A stretch of DNA of 47,901 nt, the filler included, from Dimargaris cristalligena (taxonomy: Eukaryota), in NCBI GenBank assembly GCA_003614675.1. It is 2 parts of 2 records of this genome, joined end to end, with 100 filler letters (N's around TTAATTAATTAA, not from the genome) between each part and the next. Parts side by side here need not be neighbours in the genome. Positions count along the whole stretch, not along the records: positions 1 to 23,917 come from ML002602.1; 1 more part is not named here. One strand, given 5' to 3'. Of this stretch, positions 11,433 to 23,630 are shown piece by piece; position 1 is the first letter of the stretch; each line of letters begins with the position of its first letter. The notes below the pieces were generated by a model. The model was not told where the DNA came from. It was given only the letters and a program-made list of their open reading frames with translations, and did no database searches. The translations under genes and the position numbers were made by a program.

Positions 11433-13457
11433 ATGCCTAAACCCAAGGGAAAACAGTCCCCGGCCGTCACCAAACCCAAGGTCGAGGCTCCCAAACCTGA
11501 GGCTGTCGCGCCGACCTCGAAGCCGTCGCTGAAGCGTAAGAGCGATGCTTCCGCTCCCCAAACATCCCACAAGCGGGCTAAAGGCAACGGCGCCGTCAGG
11601 GTAAAAGCGGCCGGTTCCCGCCCGTCCACCACCCCCATCAAGAAGGGTAAGCCGACCCCGACCCGTCGCATCACGAGTAAGAGCCTGGGGCGGCGCATGG
11701 CCAAGAGTCCCACCGCCACCAACGGAGCCTCTTCGTCGTCTTCAGCCGCTACCGCCGCCGAGGCCAATCCGTACAAGGCCCGTCGGTTGCCTAAGCAGCC
11801 CAAGTCCCGGGCCACCCGACTCCCGCAATTCATTGAGAGTCCAACCGGCAAGGCCCTGCGGGTCGGCGAGGGCGGCGACTCGACGACGACGGGTGCGGAA
11901 CACATCTTGGCCCAGGCCACGAAAGAATTATCCATCAATGGATCTACTAGTCCGACGAAAACGGTCGCAGCCGCCGCACGGGCCGCCCGCGGTAAAAAGG
12001 CCGCTCTGACGGCCAAGGTCGTTAAAGCCGTCGCAGCCAAGGCTTCCGCCAAAGCAGCTGCCCCGGCCCCCACCCCAGCTCCTCTTAAGCCGCGCGCGTT
12101 TGCCCATAAAAACCGCCCCAGCATTAACGCGGCCCCGGTCCGTCGATCGGACTGCGGTAACGTCTTGGTCTTTGGTAATGGCGACTGCGGTCAACTCGGC
12201 CTGGGTGAAGATATTATGCAGCGTAAGAAACCCTACCCGCTGGCCGCTTTGAACTCCGAGCAGGTGGTGGATATCGCTGCCGGGGGCCTGCACAATATGG
12301 CCCTCACCGCCGACGGCCGCCTGTTTTCGTGGGGCTGTAACGACCAGCGGGCCCTGGGCCGCGAGGGCGATGAAATGACCCCCGCTGAAGTGAAACTCCC
12401 GCTCCCGGTGCCCACCGGCAGTGCCCTCCACCCCTTGAACGAGGAGCAGAAGGCGTCGGTGGCGGCCAATGCCGAACCTATGCGGATCATCAAGGTCGCC
12501 TGCGGTGACTCGGCCACCGTGGCCCTGACCAACTACGGTGTATACAGCTGGGGTACCTACCGGAGTGCGGAAGGTCTGCTCGGGTTCAACCCGGAACGCG
12601 AAATCCAGGCCACCCCTGTGCGGATCGAAGGCATCGACGACGAGATTGTCGACCTTTCGGTGGGTGCCGACCACGTCCTGGCCCTTACCCGCCAGGGTGA
12701 TGTGTACGGCTGGGGTGACGGGCAGCAGCACCAGCTGGGCCGCCGCATCATCGAGCGCCGCAAGCGTAACGGTCTGCGGCCGACCAAGCTCGGGCTCAAG
12801 CACGTGGTGCTCATCGGCACCGGGGCCTACCACAGTTTCGCCGTCACCGAAACGGGCGACTTATATGCCTGGGGCCTCAACAACTTCCACCAGTGCGGCG
12901 TGGACCCCGAGGATGGGGGCGATGAAGCCATTATCACCATGCCCACCCTGGTCCGTAGCCTCCAAGGTATCCCCCTGGCCCAAGTCACCGGTGGCGAACA
13001 CCATTCGCTCGTCCTGGCCGCAGACGGGTCCGTCTACGGGTTCGGGCGTTCCGATTCCCACCAGGTCGGCTTACCGTATACGACCCTGCCCGAAGAAGTC
13101 GCGGAACGCGCCCGACTCTGCGAAGAGGCCCGCCGACTCGCCGAGGTGTCCGGCGAACCTTTTGACGAATCCGAATTCCAAACCCACAAGAAATCCATCA
13201 ACCGGCCTACTAAACTGTCCGATTGCCCCTTGTTCCGCCAATTAATCTGCGGGTCGAACCATAATCTCGCTCTCACCAAGGAAGGCGGCGATGTTTACTC
13301 GTGGGGTTACGGCGATATGCTGGCCCTCGGTAATGGTGAAGAGGAAGATGTGTCCACCCCAACGTTGATCGAGGGGAAACGGTTAGAGGACGCCCGGGTG
13401 ATTAATATCGCGGCCGGTGGACAACACTCCGTGTTGCTTGTTCAGCCCACCAACTAG
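11433..13457 (+). CDS. RCC1: Regulator of chromosome condensation RCC1 (Ran GEF; Prp20/Pim1 orthologue)
   Basis: 674 aa. Basic N-terminal tail, then RCC1 repeats (FGNGDCGQLGLG, AAGGLHNMALT, WGCNDQRALGR, GQQHQLGRRIIERR, GGEHHSL, AGGQHSV). Confidence 0.9.
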   Translation: MPKPKGKQSPAVTKPKVEAPKPEAVAPTSKPSLKRKSDASAPQTSHKRAKGNGAVRVKAAGSRPSTTPIKKGKPTPTRRITSKSLGRRMAKSPTATNGASSSSSAATAAEANPYKARRLPKQPKSRATRLPQFIESPTGKALRVGEGGDSTTTGAEHILAQATKELSINGSTSPTKTVAAAARAARGKKAALTAKVVKAVAAKASAKAAAPAPTPAPLKPRAFAHKNRPSINAAPVRRSDCGNVLVFGNGDCGQLGLGEDIMQRKKPYPLAALNSEQVVDIAAGGLHNMALTADGRLFSWGCNDQRALGREGDEMTPAEVKLPLPVPTGSALHPLNEEQKASVAANAEPMRIIKVACGDSATVALTNYGVYSWGTYRSAEGLLGFNPEREIQATPVRIEGIDDEIVDLSVGADHVLALTRQGDVYGWGDGQQHQLGRRIIERRKRNGLRPTKLGLKHVVLIGTGAYHSFAVTETGDLYAWGLNNFHQCGVDPEDGGDEAIITMPTLVRSLQGIPLAQVTGGEHHSLVLAADGSVYGFGRSDSHQVGLPYTTLPEEVAERARLCEEARRLAEVSGEPFDESEFQTHKKSINRPTKLSDCPLFRQLICGSNHNLALTKEGGDVYSWGYGDMLALGNGEEEDVSTPTLIEGKRLEDARVINIAAGGQHSVLLVQPTN

Positions 13458-15075
13458 ACCTGGGGATTTTTTTTCTTTCATTTATTTATATATATATATC
13501 AAAAACACAAAAAGTGAAAGTATATAAATGATTGATGATTTCCCTGGTTTTCTTTTTATATGCCCCGACCCTATGGCCTTTTCTTATTTCCTTTTATTAT
13601 AGTATTTTACCCCTCACGTAGACACTCTGTTATGAATTCCCCTACTCTTCCCCCCTCCTGGATCGCACACTATTCTCTCCATCAACAACTAGGGTGCCAC
13701 ATTTCCCTTCTGTTTGAGGTTGGTATTTATAAATATATATATGACATTAAATACATATGTGCCCGATTTATACGTATCCACCTCCCTCGCCATCCATTCT
13801 ATATATTTATAATTGCTCTTGCCCATTTATCCCCAATATTTTGTTTGCCATGACTGCTACGGCTGGTCATTATTGATGCTAATTTTATTCTCCTTTTTGA
13901 AATGACGCTTGGGCTTATCCCGGCTACGCCTACAACCTTGATTTTATTGTTAGTAGTATCCGTTCCCAAGTCTACTTGGAATGAACGGAGCCCACTCTAT
14001 ATCGGTACCGTCTGTTGCTTCACGCCTTTAATAAATCGGTAATATATATTATTTTTATTTGATTTCAGCGGATGTGGTTGGGCCAAGTTTGGCGGTAACC
14101 TTCTTTGGCTCGTCGTTAACGGGGGGATATTGGAAAATAGGGAAGCCCCCATCTGTTCTGGGCGCTAAATGGTAAACATTATCTCTCGGACAAGTACAGG
14201 TCAAGTAATAAGTCGAAAACCAATCTACTATGAGCCTGGTGGAATTTCGCGGGCGGATAGAAATTCCGAGGGGCTATTAGGTTATAGTGCAAAGTGCCGA
14301 TGAAGACCAAGGCCCTAAATGAGCAGGATTGAATATAAGCAATAAGAACTGTTCAAAGGCACTGGATTGCTAAAACAAGCATTTTAGAATACAACCGGAT
14401 ATGAACGGGCAGGAAGGTCTTACGATAAGCCCTGGGTAAAATGTAAATATAGAAATGATAATGGGTGGTTCAGTAAAACAGGCATATCCTCGGCCATTTA
14501 TATGGATTTGATTGTGTTTTTTTTTGTTTCGTGGGTTGCTGCAGCTTTGGGGCTAATTTGACCTTGTAGGCGTTATAATTCCGCTTATGTATAGACCAAG
14601 GAAAGTCGCCCACACTCGTTCAATAAGGGAAGGAGATACGGCCCCTTATATATCTGACCAGTTGTATCTGGAAGGATGACAGCTCATTATAATACAATGA
14701 ATTCCAAATTTGTTTAATTATTATTTTTGGATAACCGTTAATATGATTTCCCTTTCTTGTTAACTTAGAGGCATCGTCGATTCATACGCAGAGCTGCTAT
14801 AAAAACCGTCCGAAATGAGATACCGGTTGGTTATTCAGTCAAGTATATTGAGGTTGACCTTTCCTCAGTAATAGCCATAGTCTCTATTTTAAAATTAGTC
14901 CGGGACAATGACTGGCTCAACTGAAGTATTCTGTTTTTAAACACAGACAGCATTCTAAAAAAAAAACCATTCAATTGCTCTTTATTTATTTTTTTAAAAA
15001 AATCACTGGGGTATTTATTAGTTAGTGTAGGTTGAGTGGTTAATTACATTAGTCCAGGCATATCCGACAACCACC

Positions 15076-18000
15076 CTAGCTTAAGGAATCAACCGCCTGA
15101 ACGAGTTTCCGAAAAGCGGGGATTCCATCGTAGTACTGTTTTACAGTTTGTAGTTGCCGCCCGTATTCCTGCACATCCAGACTGATTTGCCGCCGAATTT
15201 TAGTTTCGTCACTGCCGGCGGCTACCGCCGATTCGGCCCCCGGGGATCCAGTGGTAACGGCCATTTTTTTGACCCGTTTGAGCTTCAGGAGACTTTCCTC
15301 GGTTTTCTTAAGGGTTTCGAGTAGTTCGACCAGGATGGTTTCGAATTGTCGGTTGACCATTTCGACGGTCCAGCGCACGATTGCGACCCGGAGACAGTCC
15401 GGAATCAAGGCGGACGACTGGTAGGCCTCGAGAAAATCGCGGACAGGGTTTAGAATCCGGCTCGCGTAAGATGAAGGAGCCGTGGGTAGCTATCGCAGAT
15501 TAAAAATAAATAAATAAAAGTGAATCAAGACATTTGTCCAAGGGAAGGGGTGGGAGAGCATTGGCCATTAGTATAGAATAGAAGGAATGATGTACCTGTA
15601 TAGTAATATGTAGCCTGTGATTGTGTGTGTGGGTGCTCCATCACTAGAATATCAGAATAGGTAGCTGCGGGACAATCGGCCAAACCCCCAGTCAAATATT
15701 CCCTAGCCCTTTAAATTAAAAATACATTCGTGACTGCTTTGTTTAGTTTATGGCCATTAGAGCGGGAGTTTCACTTACCGGTTTGTTCGTATGGCGGAAC
15801 TGGCTCGTGACTTGCCGAACCTGGAGTAGGATATCCGAGGCGCCATTGGCCAACAAAAGGGCGAGCAGTCGAGCGATGTAGACGGCCTGCAACCGCAGTC
15901 GTTCCAGCCCGGGGTGAACCGTGGTCATTGTCAGCTTCGGGTGGCCCGAGGATATGCCCCCACCACTGACGACCAGACTTTCATCATCACGTTTCATTTG
16001 TTCGAATCGGGTAGGTAGCAGCGACTCCGTCAGGCCCTGGGTGATCCGGTAGATGTCACTCATAAAGTACACGAGGACGTCTAAGAGACGGGCGTTACGT
16101 AGTACGCTTGGGATAGCCTGCATAGCGGCGGGGGCTAGGGGTGGGCAGTCATCCAAAATCCGGCGGTATTCCCGATTATTCGGAATTAGCGAAGGGCTCC
16201 GCGCCCCGGCCGATAGGATCATGGGGCTGGCTCCCCCCTTCAGTGGGGCGGGGGAATGGTCGTCCGTCAGTTCAGGACCAATCTTATGGACGACCAAAGC
16301 CTTGGAGTAAGGGTCTAACACCCCATCCACCCACATAGTGAATTTGCGGATGGATTGGGCGTGCAGTTTCCAGAATCGGGCCGCCAGCATAGGTAGGTAC
16401 ACCCGTTCATCTCCGCATTGAATCAATGTCCGCCACAGAGTGTCAGAAGGGGTCAATAACCAGGGCAAGTCTCGTTCAGGAGTCTCGGTAACCGTTCCCT
16501 GGCCGAGTTCGGCGATAACCGCCGCGGGGTCTGGACACCACAGACTATCGAGGTTCTGCACGTTAATACTCTCATCCAGGTCCCGGTCGAGGGCCCCACT
16601 CAGCTCTTTCGCACGGATACTGAAATAGGGGGCGGTCTGCCACGCCTTCAGGAACTGTCGGTAGCGCTCATCCCCGGCCAGGAAAGCGCGGGCCGCCGAC
16701 GGGTGAGGAGAAGAAGGAGGAGTCGCTACGGGTCGTGTAAATACCTCCACGACCGCTTCCAGGAACTGCTCGGTGAGGGTCAGTGAAGCGTGGAAGCGAT
16801 CCGGGAAGCCCGGGTTGTTAAGGGACGGTAACCAGGCCGTTCGGAGCGCGTCAATTACCCGGGGCCACAGGGTTACCCGGAAGAGGTCTAGGGAGGAGGA
16901 CCCCGGTAGGGTAGCCGCCATCAGCCGGTGGACGGGCCAGACCTGGTTCACCATCCATTGGAACGTGGACTTGAGGGCAAAGGCGTAATGGTTGATGGCG
17001 GAATCATCAGTCAGCGACCCGACGGTGGAGCCTCCCGTCCGCGCGGCTACCAGAGTATCCTGGAGTAAGGGTACAACCAGGGCCGTGGTGATGCCATCGG
17101 AAATCCGCGGGGTCCGATCCAGCGCGGCGTAGGCACGTAAGCACTGGACTAGTAGGTCGGCCAAAGGACGGGCGATCCGGGGACACTGGTGGGGAATCGG
17201 GAAGCGCGCCCGTGCCGGAACCGTACCGGTATGGGGGGCGGGGTTAGCACTGGTCTCGGCATCCCCAGAAACATCGGCGGGAAGCGGACTCGTAGAGCTC
17301 GGGCCCGCTTTAATCCGGTGGAGCACGTAGTCGAACGTTTCGGTTAGGTAGGTTTCCAGTTGGTCGTGGATCACTTGAATCCGAGACTGTTGCTGGGCGA
17401 TAAATGCCACCCCGGGGCATTTTTTGACGAGGTACTGGAGCTGGTTGAACTCTAGGGCGATGCGCTCCAATATTTTCATACGCTGACCGTATTGATGGGT
17501 TTCCCGAGGGGTGGTCGGGTCCAACAAGCGGTTGCCGAGGCGGTTCCGGTGGAGCTGGAGTCGGAGGAGGTGGTGGTGGGGCGAGTCCGTGGGACTACCA
17601 CCGGTGGGACTTAGATCCGCACGGGCGCGGGGTCCGTCATCCGTCCGCGATCGGGTGATCGGGGGAGGGCTAAACGGCGTTGCTGGGGCGGGGGTGCTAG
17701 GCCGCCGGCCGCCGGTCGGACTCGTTTCCCCGGGCTCGGTGAGTTCCTGCAACCACGCCTCGATGCGGTTGACCGACTGGTGGATATGGGTCATGCGCTG
17801 TAGGGTTTGTTTCAGTTGGCGCACCTCCTGGCGGTGGGCCAGGCGTTCCTCGACCTGGCCGAGGAGCTGGCCAATGTGGTCGGCCATGGTCTCCAGGGGA
17901 GCCCGGACCGTACACCATTGGTCCGCTAAAGGAGTTAGGGTGCGTTCTACGCCACCCAGTCCCGCCACGACCTCCAGGAAACTGGGGTACTCTTGGTTAA

Positions 18001-18214
18001 CCAAGGCAACGAGGTCGGAATTGAGGGATTCTTCACGTTCGGCCAATTCGGCCCGCATCTCCTCCAGCGTCGATAACTTGCGGAGACGTAAATAAGTCGA
18101 AAATATAAACGGATTGGGGATGGGGGTCTGGTCGCCGGGCGAGGAAGGAATGAGGGAATCGGTGCCAGGGGCCGCGGATGAGGCCCATCTTGAGGGACCA
18201 CTGGGCTCAGGCAT
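15076..18214 (-). CDS. COG2: Conserved oligomeric Golgi complex subunit 2; exons 18214-15779 and 15489-15076
   Basis: N-terminal LEEMRAEL...LVALVNQEYPSFL, NPGFPDRFH, WQTAPYFSIRAKE. The GTAAGT...ATAG intron joins FRHTNKP to LPTAPSSY. C-terminal KTEESLLKLKR...SDETKIRRQISLDV. Confidence 0.92.
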
Positions 18215-18623
18215 GGTAGCTGGGATTCATTTAACAAATAGTCAGAGGGATAAAGGCAATGGATGCATGGATGAGTCAAACAACCATATTGTACAAGAAG
18301 TTACCTGGGCCACACCATAAACCTCCCCCATTACACTTGGTTACCACCACACCAGGTACCTATGGCCCTTTTAATACTATCGTCTAGGTTGGGGTCCCTG
18401 CCTAGAAGCATCGAGTGAGAGGGTCGCTTGAAGTTCGACACCCTGGGGAGGTTGTTACTCGCCCAGCTTCTAGACCCGGCTGAACAACCACCGAGTAGCG
18501 TTTATTGGCTGTACCTGTGTATCTCCGCTAAGTCCAACCCCCCCCTCCTCATGTGTCCCTCTTGACTATCCATGTGTCATTCTATACCAAGGGAACCCCG
18601 CTCCCTCTCCCATAGAAGTGCCC

Positions 18624-20969
18624 ATGTTCGAGTCCACCGATCTGCTACTCCGGACTTGCGACGGCTGCCGCCAGCGTAAGCGGAAGTGCGACCGACGAAG
18701 ACCCAAGTGCTCCAACTGCGTCCAGCACGGCGTAGACTGCGTGTTTAGTAAGGCCCGGTTCAGCCAGAGCAAACCCCATTCGACCCAACCCATCAGTACC
18801 CGGCCCCTCTTTCGGATTGGGGACTCCACCCCCTCGACTCCGAGCCCCCGGGCCACCGCGGGGAGCACGACGGTCTTTCCTGCCAATGTCCAAGGCTCCT
18901 CCTCCGCTTTCGCCACTGCCACTGCCACTGTCACCACCCCCAACCCCCCGCCAGCCCTGACTCGGGTAACTCACTCCCACTCCTTCGTCACCACAACTGG
19001 ACCTTACCCCCAGCGCTCCCGCATAGTCGAAGGGCGGATCGAACAGCTCACCCGGGAACTCGAGGATTTACTCCGCATTGCCCAACAAAGCCAGTACCAG
19101 CTGGAACTACTCCGCCAGGGCCTTCCCCAGGGCTATTTCTACCGGCCCGCCTTTACGGCCCAGAGCCTGCTATTGATCCGCCAGGAGCAGCTCACCCATA
19201 GTTTTGAGAAGGCCCGGTGGCTGGACCCATCGCTGGTGGCCGACCTGACCGGCTACATGTTCCGCTTCATGCACCCTATCCACTTCCCCGTCCACCCATT
19301 TGTGTTGCACACCCTCCAGAACCGGCGGCCCCTCGACTGCCTGACCTTTGCCACGTTTGCCACGGTGGCCCGCTGCTCCAAGCACCCGGACATCGCTGCC
19401 GCCGTACCCTACCACACCGGGAATCCGTATTTTATGCAGGCCCGTCGGATGGTCTCCTCAGTCCTCGAGGTTCCTTCGCTCGGGAACATTATGGCTCTCC
19501 TGGTGATGGGTTTACTCGAAGTCGGTCTCGGTCGCCAAGCCAACAGCCTGTTCTATTCCGGCCTGGCCGTCAATATGGCCCGACAGCTGGGACTGCATCG
19601 GCTCGATGCAGGTTCTGCCCCCTCCGCGGGTCCGGGGGACTATGTCATGGATATGAATCGGCGGATTTGGTGGGCGGCCTACATTATGGAGACGTGTGAT
19701 TCGGTACTGCAGTCCAAAACCCCAACCGTGGAGGCCGCGGAATGCTGTACGGCCCTACCCTCGAGTGAGGCCGTTATGATTAGCTGGTATACCACCCAGG
19801 GCACCGTACCCCCCGACGTTATGTATGATATGTATAGTTTTCTTCAGCACTCCCAGCGGTACCCGAACCACAGCCTGGGGAATTTGAGCATTCAAATAAT
19901 GGACTTCGCGTTCCCCATTTTACGTATGACCAACCAGGCCCACGCGGGTATCCTCATTCCCGATCTCCTGTACCGGGACATCAACGGCCGGATGGGGCAG
20001 TGGTACCGGGCCCTGCCGCAGGTGTTTCACCTCGTGGGCCCGGAGTTCATTTGGAATCCCCAGCAGCACCCGAGCACCCTGCTGGCCATGGCGCTGGTGA
20101 ACGGCCTGTATAATTTATTTGTGGTTATTCTCAATTGGAACACCCGTATTATACTGGATCCCCCGCACGCCCGCCCTCTGACCTCGTCGGCCGGTGAGTA
20201 CGCCACGGGAGTATCGTCGCGGTCGGAGTACGGGCGGTTACAGGCCGTCACGGCCAGCTTCCACCTCCTCCGGTCGACTTCCCACTACGCGCGCTGTGAT
20301 GTGGTCTACGCCTCATCCAATGTTGCCCAGTTTATGTTCCAGGCCTCGCTGGTGCTCCTCCGCGAATTCGCGGTCGTTCGGTTTGCACCGACGGGGTTTA
20401 TCTGGCCCGTACTGGCCAAAAAGCTGCAGTTTATGGAACAGATTGCTCTGTACTGGGTGCCTGGGGGCCAACTGGCGGAACTGCTGCGGGGCATCATCGG
20501 GGCCTGCCTTGAGCGGAGCCGGCTTTTTCCCATGATCATCTCGGCGTGTAATGCGTACATGCTGTTCTGCCTGCCCATCACTATGATCAATTCCCTCCTC
20601 AGCCTTGGGGATCCCCCGACGCCCCGCCTTACCCCCGCCGGCCCGGGGCCACTGGACTCTCCCCCGCGAACTCCCGGTAGGGACCCTTGGACCAACTTTA
20701 GAGCCGCGGCCCAGGCCATTCCCCGGACCCCGATTACCATCCCCAAACCCTCGGTCAACGCCGCCTTGGCGAGTCAGGCCATGGTCCAGACCCTGGCTGG
20801 TCAGCTCTTGGAAATGGCCGCCGCATTTGATCCTCTAGTGGGGTCCAATATTGCTTGGTATACCCTGCCCCTGGTGGACCAAGTATCTGCCTTCGTAGCC
20901 CGGTATCCGGAGGTATCCCACATGGCCCACTCCGAGATGGCGACCATTTTGTTGGCGGAATTGGCTTGA
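18624..20969 (+). CDS. Zn(II)2Cys6 (GAL4-type) fungal transcription factor with middle homology region
   Basis: CDGCRQRKRKCDRRRPKCSNCVQHGVDC binuclear cluster, coiled coil (IEQLTRELEDL) and AVNMARQLGLHR...RRIWWAAYIMET. First in-frame ATG is at 18624; an upstream exon cannot be excluded. Confidence 0.9.
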   Translation: MFESTDLLLRTCDGCRQRKRKCDRRRPKCSNCVQHGVDCVFSKARFSQSKPHSTQPISTRPLFRIGDSTPSTPSPRATAGSTTVFPANVQGSSSAFATATATVTTPNPPPALTRVTHSHSFVTTTGPYPQRSRIVEGRIEQLTRELEDLLRIAQQSQYQLELLRQGLPQGYFYRPAFTAQSLLLIRQEQLTHSFEKARWLDPSLVADLTGYMFRFMHPIHFPVHPFVLHTLQNRRPLDCLTFATFATVARCSKHPDIAAAVPYHTGNPYFMQARRMVSSVLEVPSLGNIMALLVMGLLEVGLGRQANSLFYSGLAVNMARQLGLHRLDAGSAPSAGPGDYVMDMNRRIWWAAYIMETCDSVLQSKTPTVEAAECCTALPSSEAVMISWYTTQGTVPPDVMYDMYSFLQHSQRYPNHSLGNLSIQIMDFAFPILRMTNQAHAGILIPDLLYRDINGRMGQWYRALPQVFHLVGPEFIWNPQQHPSTLLAMALVNGLYNLFVVILNWNTRIILDPPHARPLTSSAGEYATGVSSRSEYGRLQAVTASFHLLRSTSHYARCDVVYASSNVAQFMFQASLVLLREFAVVRFAPTGFIWPVLAKKLQFMEQIALYWVPGGQLAELLRGIIGACLERSRLFPMIISACNAYMLFCLPITMINSLLSLGDPPTPRLTPAGPGPLDSPPRTPGRDPWTNFRAAAQAIPRTPITIPKPSVNAALASQAMVQTLAGQLLEMAAAFDPLVGSNIAWYTLPLVDQVSAFVARYPEVSHMAHSEMATILLAELA

Positions 20970-21727
20970 CGGGGCGGGATAGTGTGAATATTATCGCATA
21001 TTACTATAAGTATTCTCTGGCCAACCAGGTTAGATTAGATTATATTTTGCTGTGAACATAGAAATATCAGAAGTCGTCTTTAGTTTCCTGTAGTTTTCAT
21101 GATAATTACAACCAACCTCGGTCGCCAACTCGACTTGTTTATAAACGATAAGTATTTCCCGAAATTCCGATGGTGGCGTATGGCAGCTTGAAGTTGGGCT
21201 TTCATATCGTGTAGGGGATTGTTCTGAGGAATACTAATTAATGTTATACGGTGTATTTCTGGTTCAAGTGCTCCTATCCCCGTTATAATCTTCGGAACAT
21301 CCAGCCCACTATATCTGTGGGTGAAAAGGTGTGCCATTCTTGCCCTTGCACCCATTTCATAGTCTCAATCACGTGATCCATTATAACTGGCTGTATTGTT
21401 CTCAAGGCACAGTAAATTAGCATACGGCGGGAGTATTATGGCCGAGGAATAGGCCGGGTAGTTTGCTATAGTATAGTAAGGGTTTCTTTTTTTTGTTTCT
21501 CTACTTTTGGTAGCGAGTTTTTTTACGGTATTCGGTATGAAAAATAGAGCATCAAATTACGGGCCCGAATATGTACAAAGTACACCGGCCTGTGTCGCCA
21601 GGACAAGCAAAGCAGTCGTCGCTCCTTATCGACTGTTGCTTGAATTTATTTTCTCCAGTTGCTACTAATTTTTTTATTATCGAATTCAAGGTATTCATAG
21701 CCACCTTTTCTTATTATAATTGAACTC

Positions 21728-23630
21728 ATGGCGACCCAAACCCCGAGAGTCCCGGGTATTGGGAAGGCCTCGAAGACCGAGGCCATTCGGGCCCTCAAGT
21801 ATACCACTTTCCAGGAGCTCGCCCTGGCCCTCGACACCGCCAAAACGGAAGACCTGGAGGCCACCGTGGTGGACTTCCACCAGTGGATCCAGTGGACCGA
21901 CTGTACCACTCCCCTCCAAGAGGAGGTGCAGACCACCGTGCTATTCGATCTCATGCGCGACGACCCGCTCAGCAAGCGACTTGGCCGGCTTTGGGATCAG
22001 CTTGTCCAGCGGGGGCCCGCGTCGACCCTGGCCAGCGAACTACCCTTCATTTGCGCCGCGGTCCTGCAGCGGGTGTACCGCACCGAATTCCACCAGCACG
22101 GTCTGCGTCTGGCCCAGACCATCCTGGACAATTATCTTGACCTCCTATACCGCCTCCTGAACAGCGACCCGGACAGTTTCGATCAGCCCGGTGCGGCCAA
22201 GGCCGTGTTGGAACTGTTGCGTACCATGGCTACTTATCACCTCTCCTTGGCCCAGACCCTGGTCCGTTCGTTTGATTTCTCCTTCAAGAAGTGGCAAGCC
22301 TTGATGGAGCGCCGGGAATCCAACCCCCGCTACGCCCCGCACCTGCCTATCCAGGCTAATGTACCTATCCAGAAGACCGTGCTGTTGGACCGCTACGTCG
22401 TGGAAAATATGGACACCCGCACCGTTTTCGTCCGCTTCGTCATGGCCTTTTTTATCCACGGAGATGCGACCACCAAAGAGTTCATTCTGGGGAAACATCC
22501 GTTGATGAGTGCCCTCGTCGACGGGCTTAGCGCCGACGCGTACGAGACCATCCTCCACGCCCTTCTGGTGCTGCACGACCATGTCCTGGCGGACCCCACC
22601 GTAACCTCCGACCTGCGCGTGTCCTTCCTCAAGGGAAGGTGCATGAACTCCCTGACCCAGCACCTACGCATCCAGCCCATCAAACTCGCCGTGGAACCCG
22701 AGTTGCTTCCCTACCTGTGGGCTACGGAGGGAGTTAGCCCCCACCTGGCCGCCCCCCGAGTCGAACTCGACCCTCGTCACCCTCTCATGGGTTCCCTGAT
22801 CAATAATGCCGAGGGTTCCTTCCTTATGGACAACTCCGTCGACCTGGTCGAGCGTTTCCTACTCCGGGTATTCACGGTGCCCCAATTTGCCCTCGGCACA
22901 TCCGACCCCGGTTGGTATCCATTGACGAATCGGTCCGGAGCGGAAAATATTGCAGGTTCCGAGAGTAAAGGGGTTGCCCAGGGACCACCTGGCTCCGAAT
23001 GGGATGAGTCCTCCGACTCGCCGACCCTCGCTTTCCGGCCGACTAATTTGGCGCTGTACCACTTTATCCACAATGCGGTCCGACCTACTACCGGGGTGCG
23101 TCGTCGGGACTTTTTCCTGACTCTCGTTCGCGCCTGTCCCGACCAACTCTATTTCTATACCCAGTCGGCCCAGCTCGTCCTCGAGCCCCATCTAAATGTC
23201 GTCTACCTCTCGACCGTGGCCCTCCTCCTTAAATTGATCCAGCTGCCCAACCCGCACGCCCCCGCCAGCTCTCACTCCCAAAAATCGTGGGCCCCGACCG
23301 GTATCTCAACGAAACCCCCGCCGGAGGTGGTGCTCATTGCCAACGTCATGCCCACTTTCCTTAATCGGGAGATTTTGAACCGTGGCCTTCTCCACCCTTC
23401 CTCCCTCGTTGTATACAACACCCAACTGCTCCTCGCCGCGGTTTTGCAGAAGCTCGGCCGGGTACTGACCTGGATTGATAACCAAGTCGATCGGATGCAA
23501 TCGTCGACTCTGACTAGTGCTGAGGGCATCACCGAGTGGCTCCGGGTCCGCAAGCAGCTGGTCAACCATGTGCGCACTCATTTGCCCGACTTCGATAAGG
23601 TCACCTATATCCAGTCCCAATTCCTACCCG
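21728..23630 (+). CDS. URB1: Nucleolar pre-ribosomal protein Npa1/Urb1, 5' part only; continues in the inverted segment 23864-23631
   Basis: Npa1 N-terminal domain-like DTRTVFVRFVMAFF...TKEFIL...GLSADAYETILHALLVLHDHVLAD. The stop at 23722 results from the inversion; the coding continuation reads on the minus strand. Confidence 0.8.

Noticed and set aside
11381..13279. Long antisense and alternate-frame ORFs over RCC1 (likewise over LTV1, COG2, ATP10, VAM7 and GH17)
   Set aside because: Expected shadows of GC-rich codon usage, with no recognisable motifs.
14241..14267. 8-bp inverted repeat GGAATTTC...GAAATTCC, plus similar small palindromes at ~4320 and ~14623
   Set aside because: Short, isolated and within chance expectation; no TSD or copies.
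18428..18445. B-box-like GTTCGACACC
   Set aside because: Imperfect, with no A box or cloverleaf.
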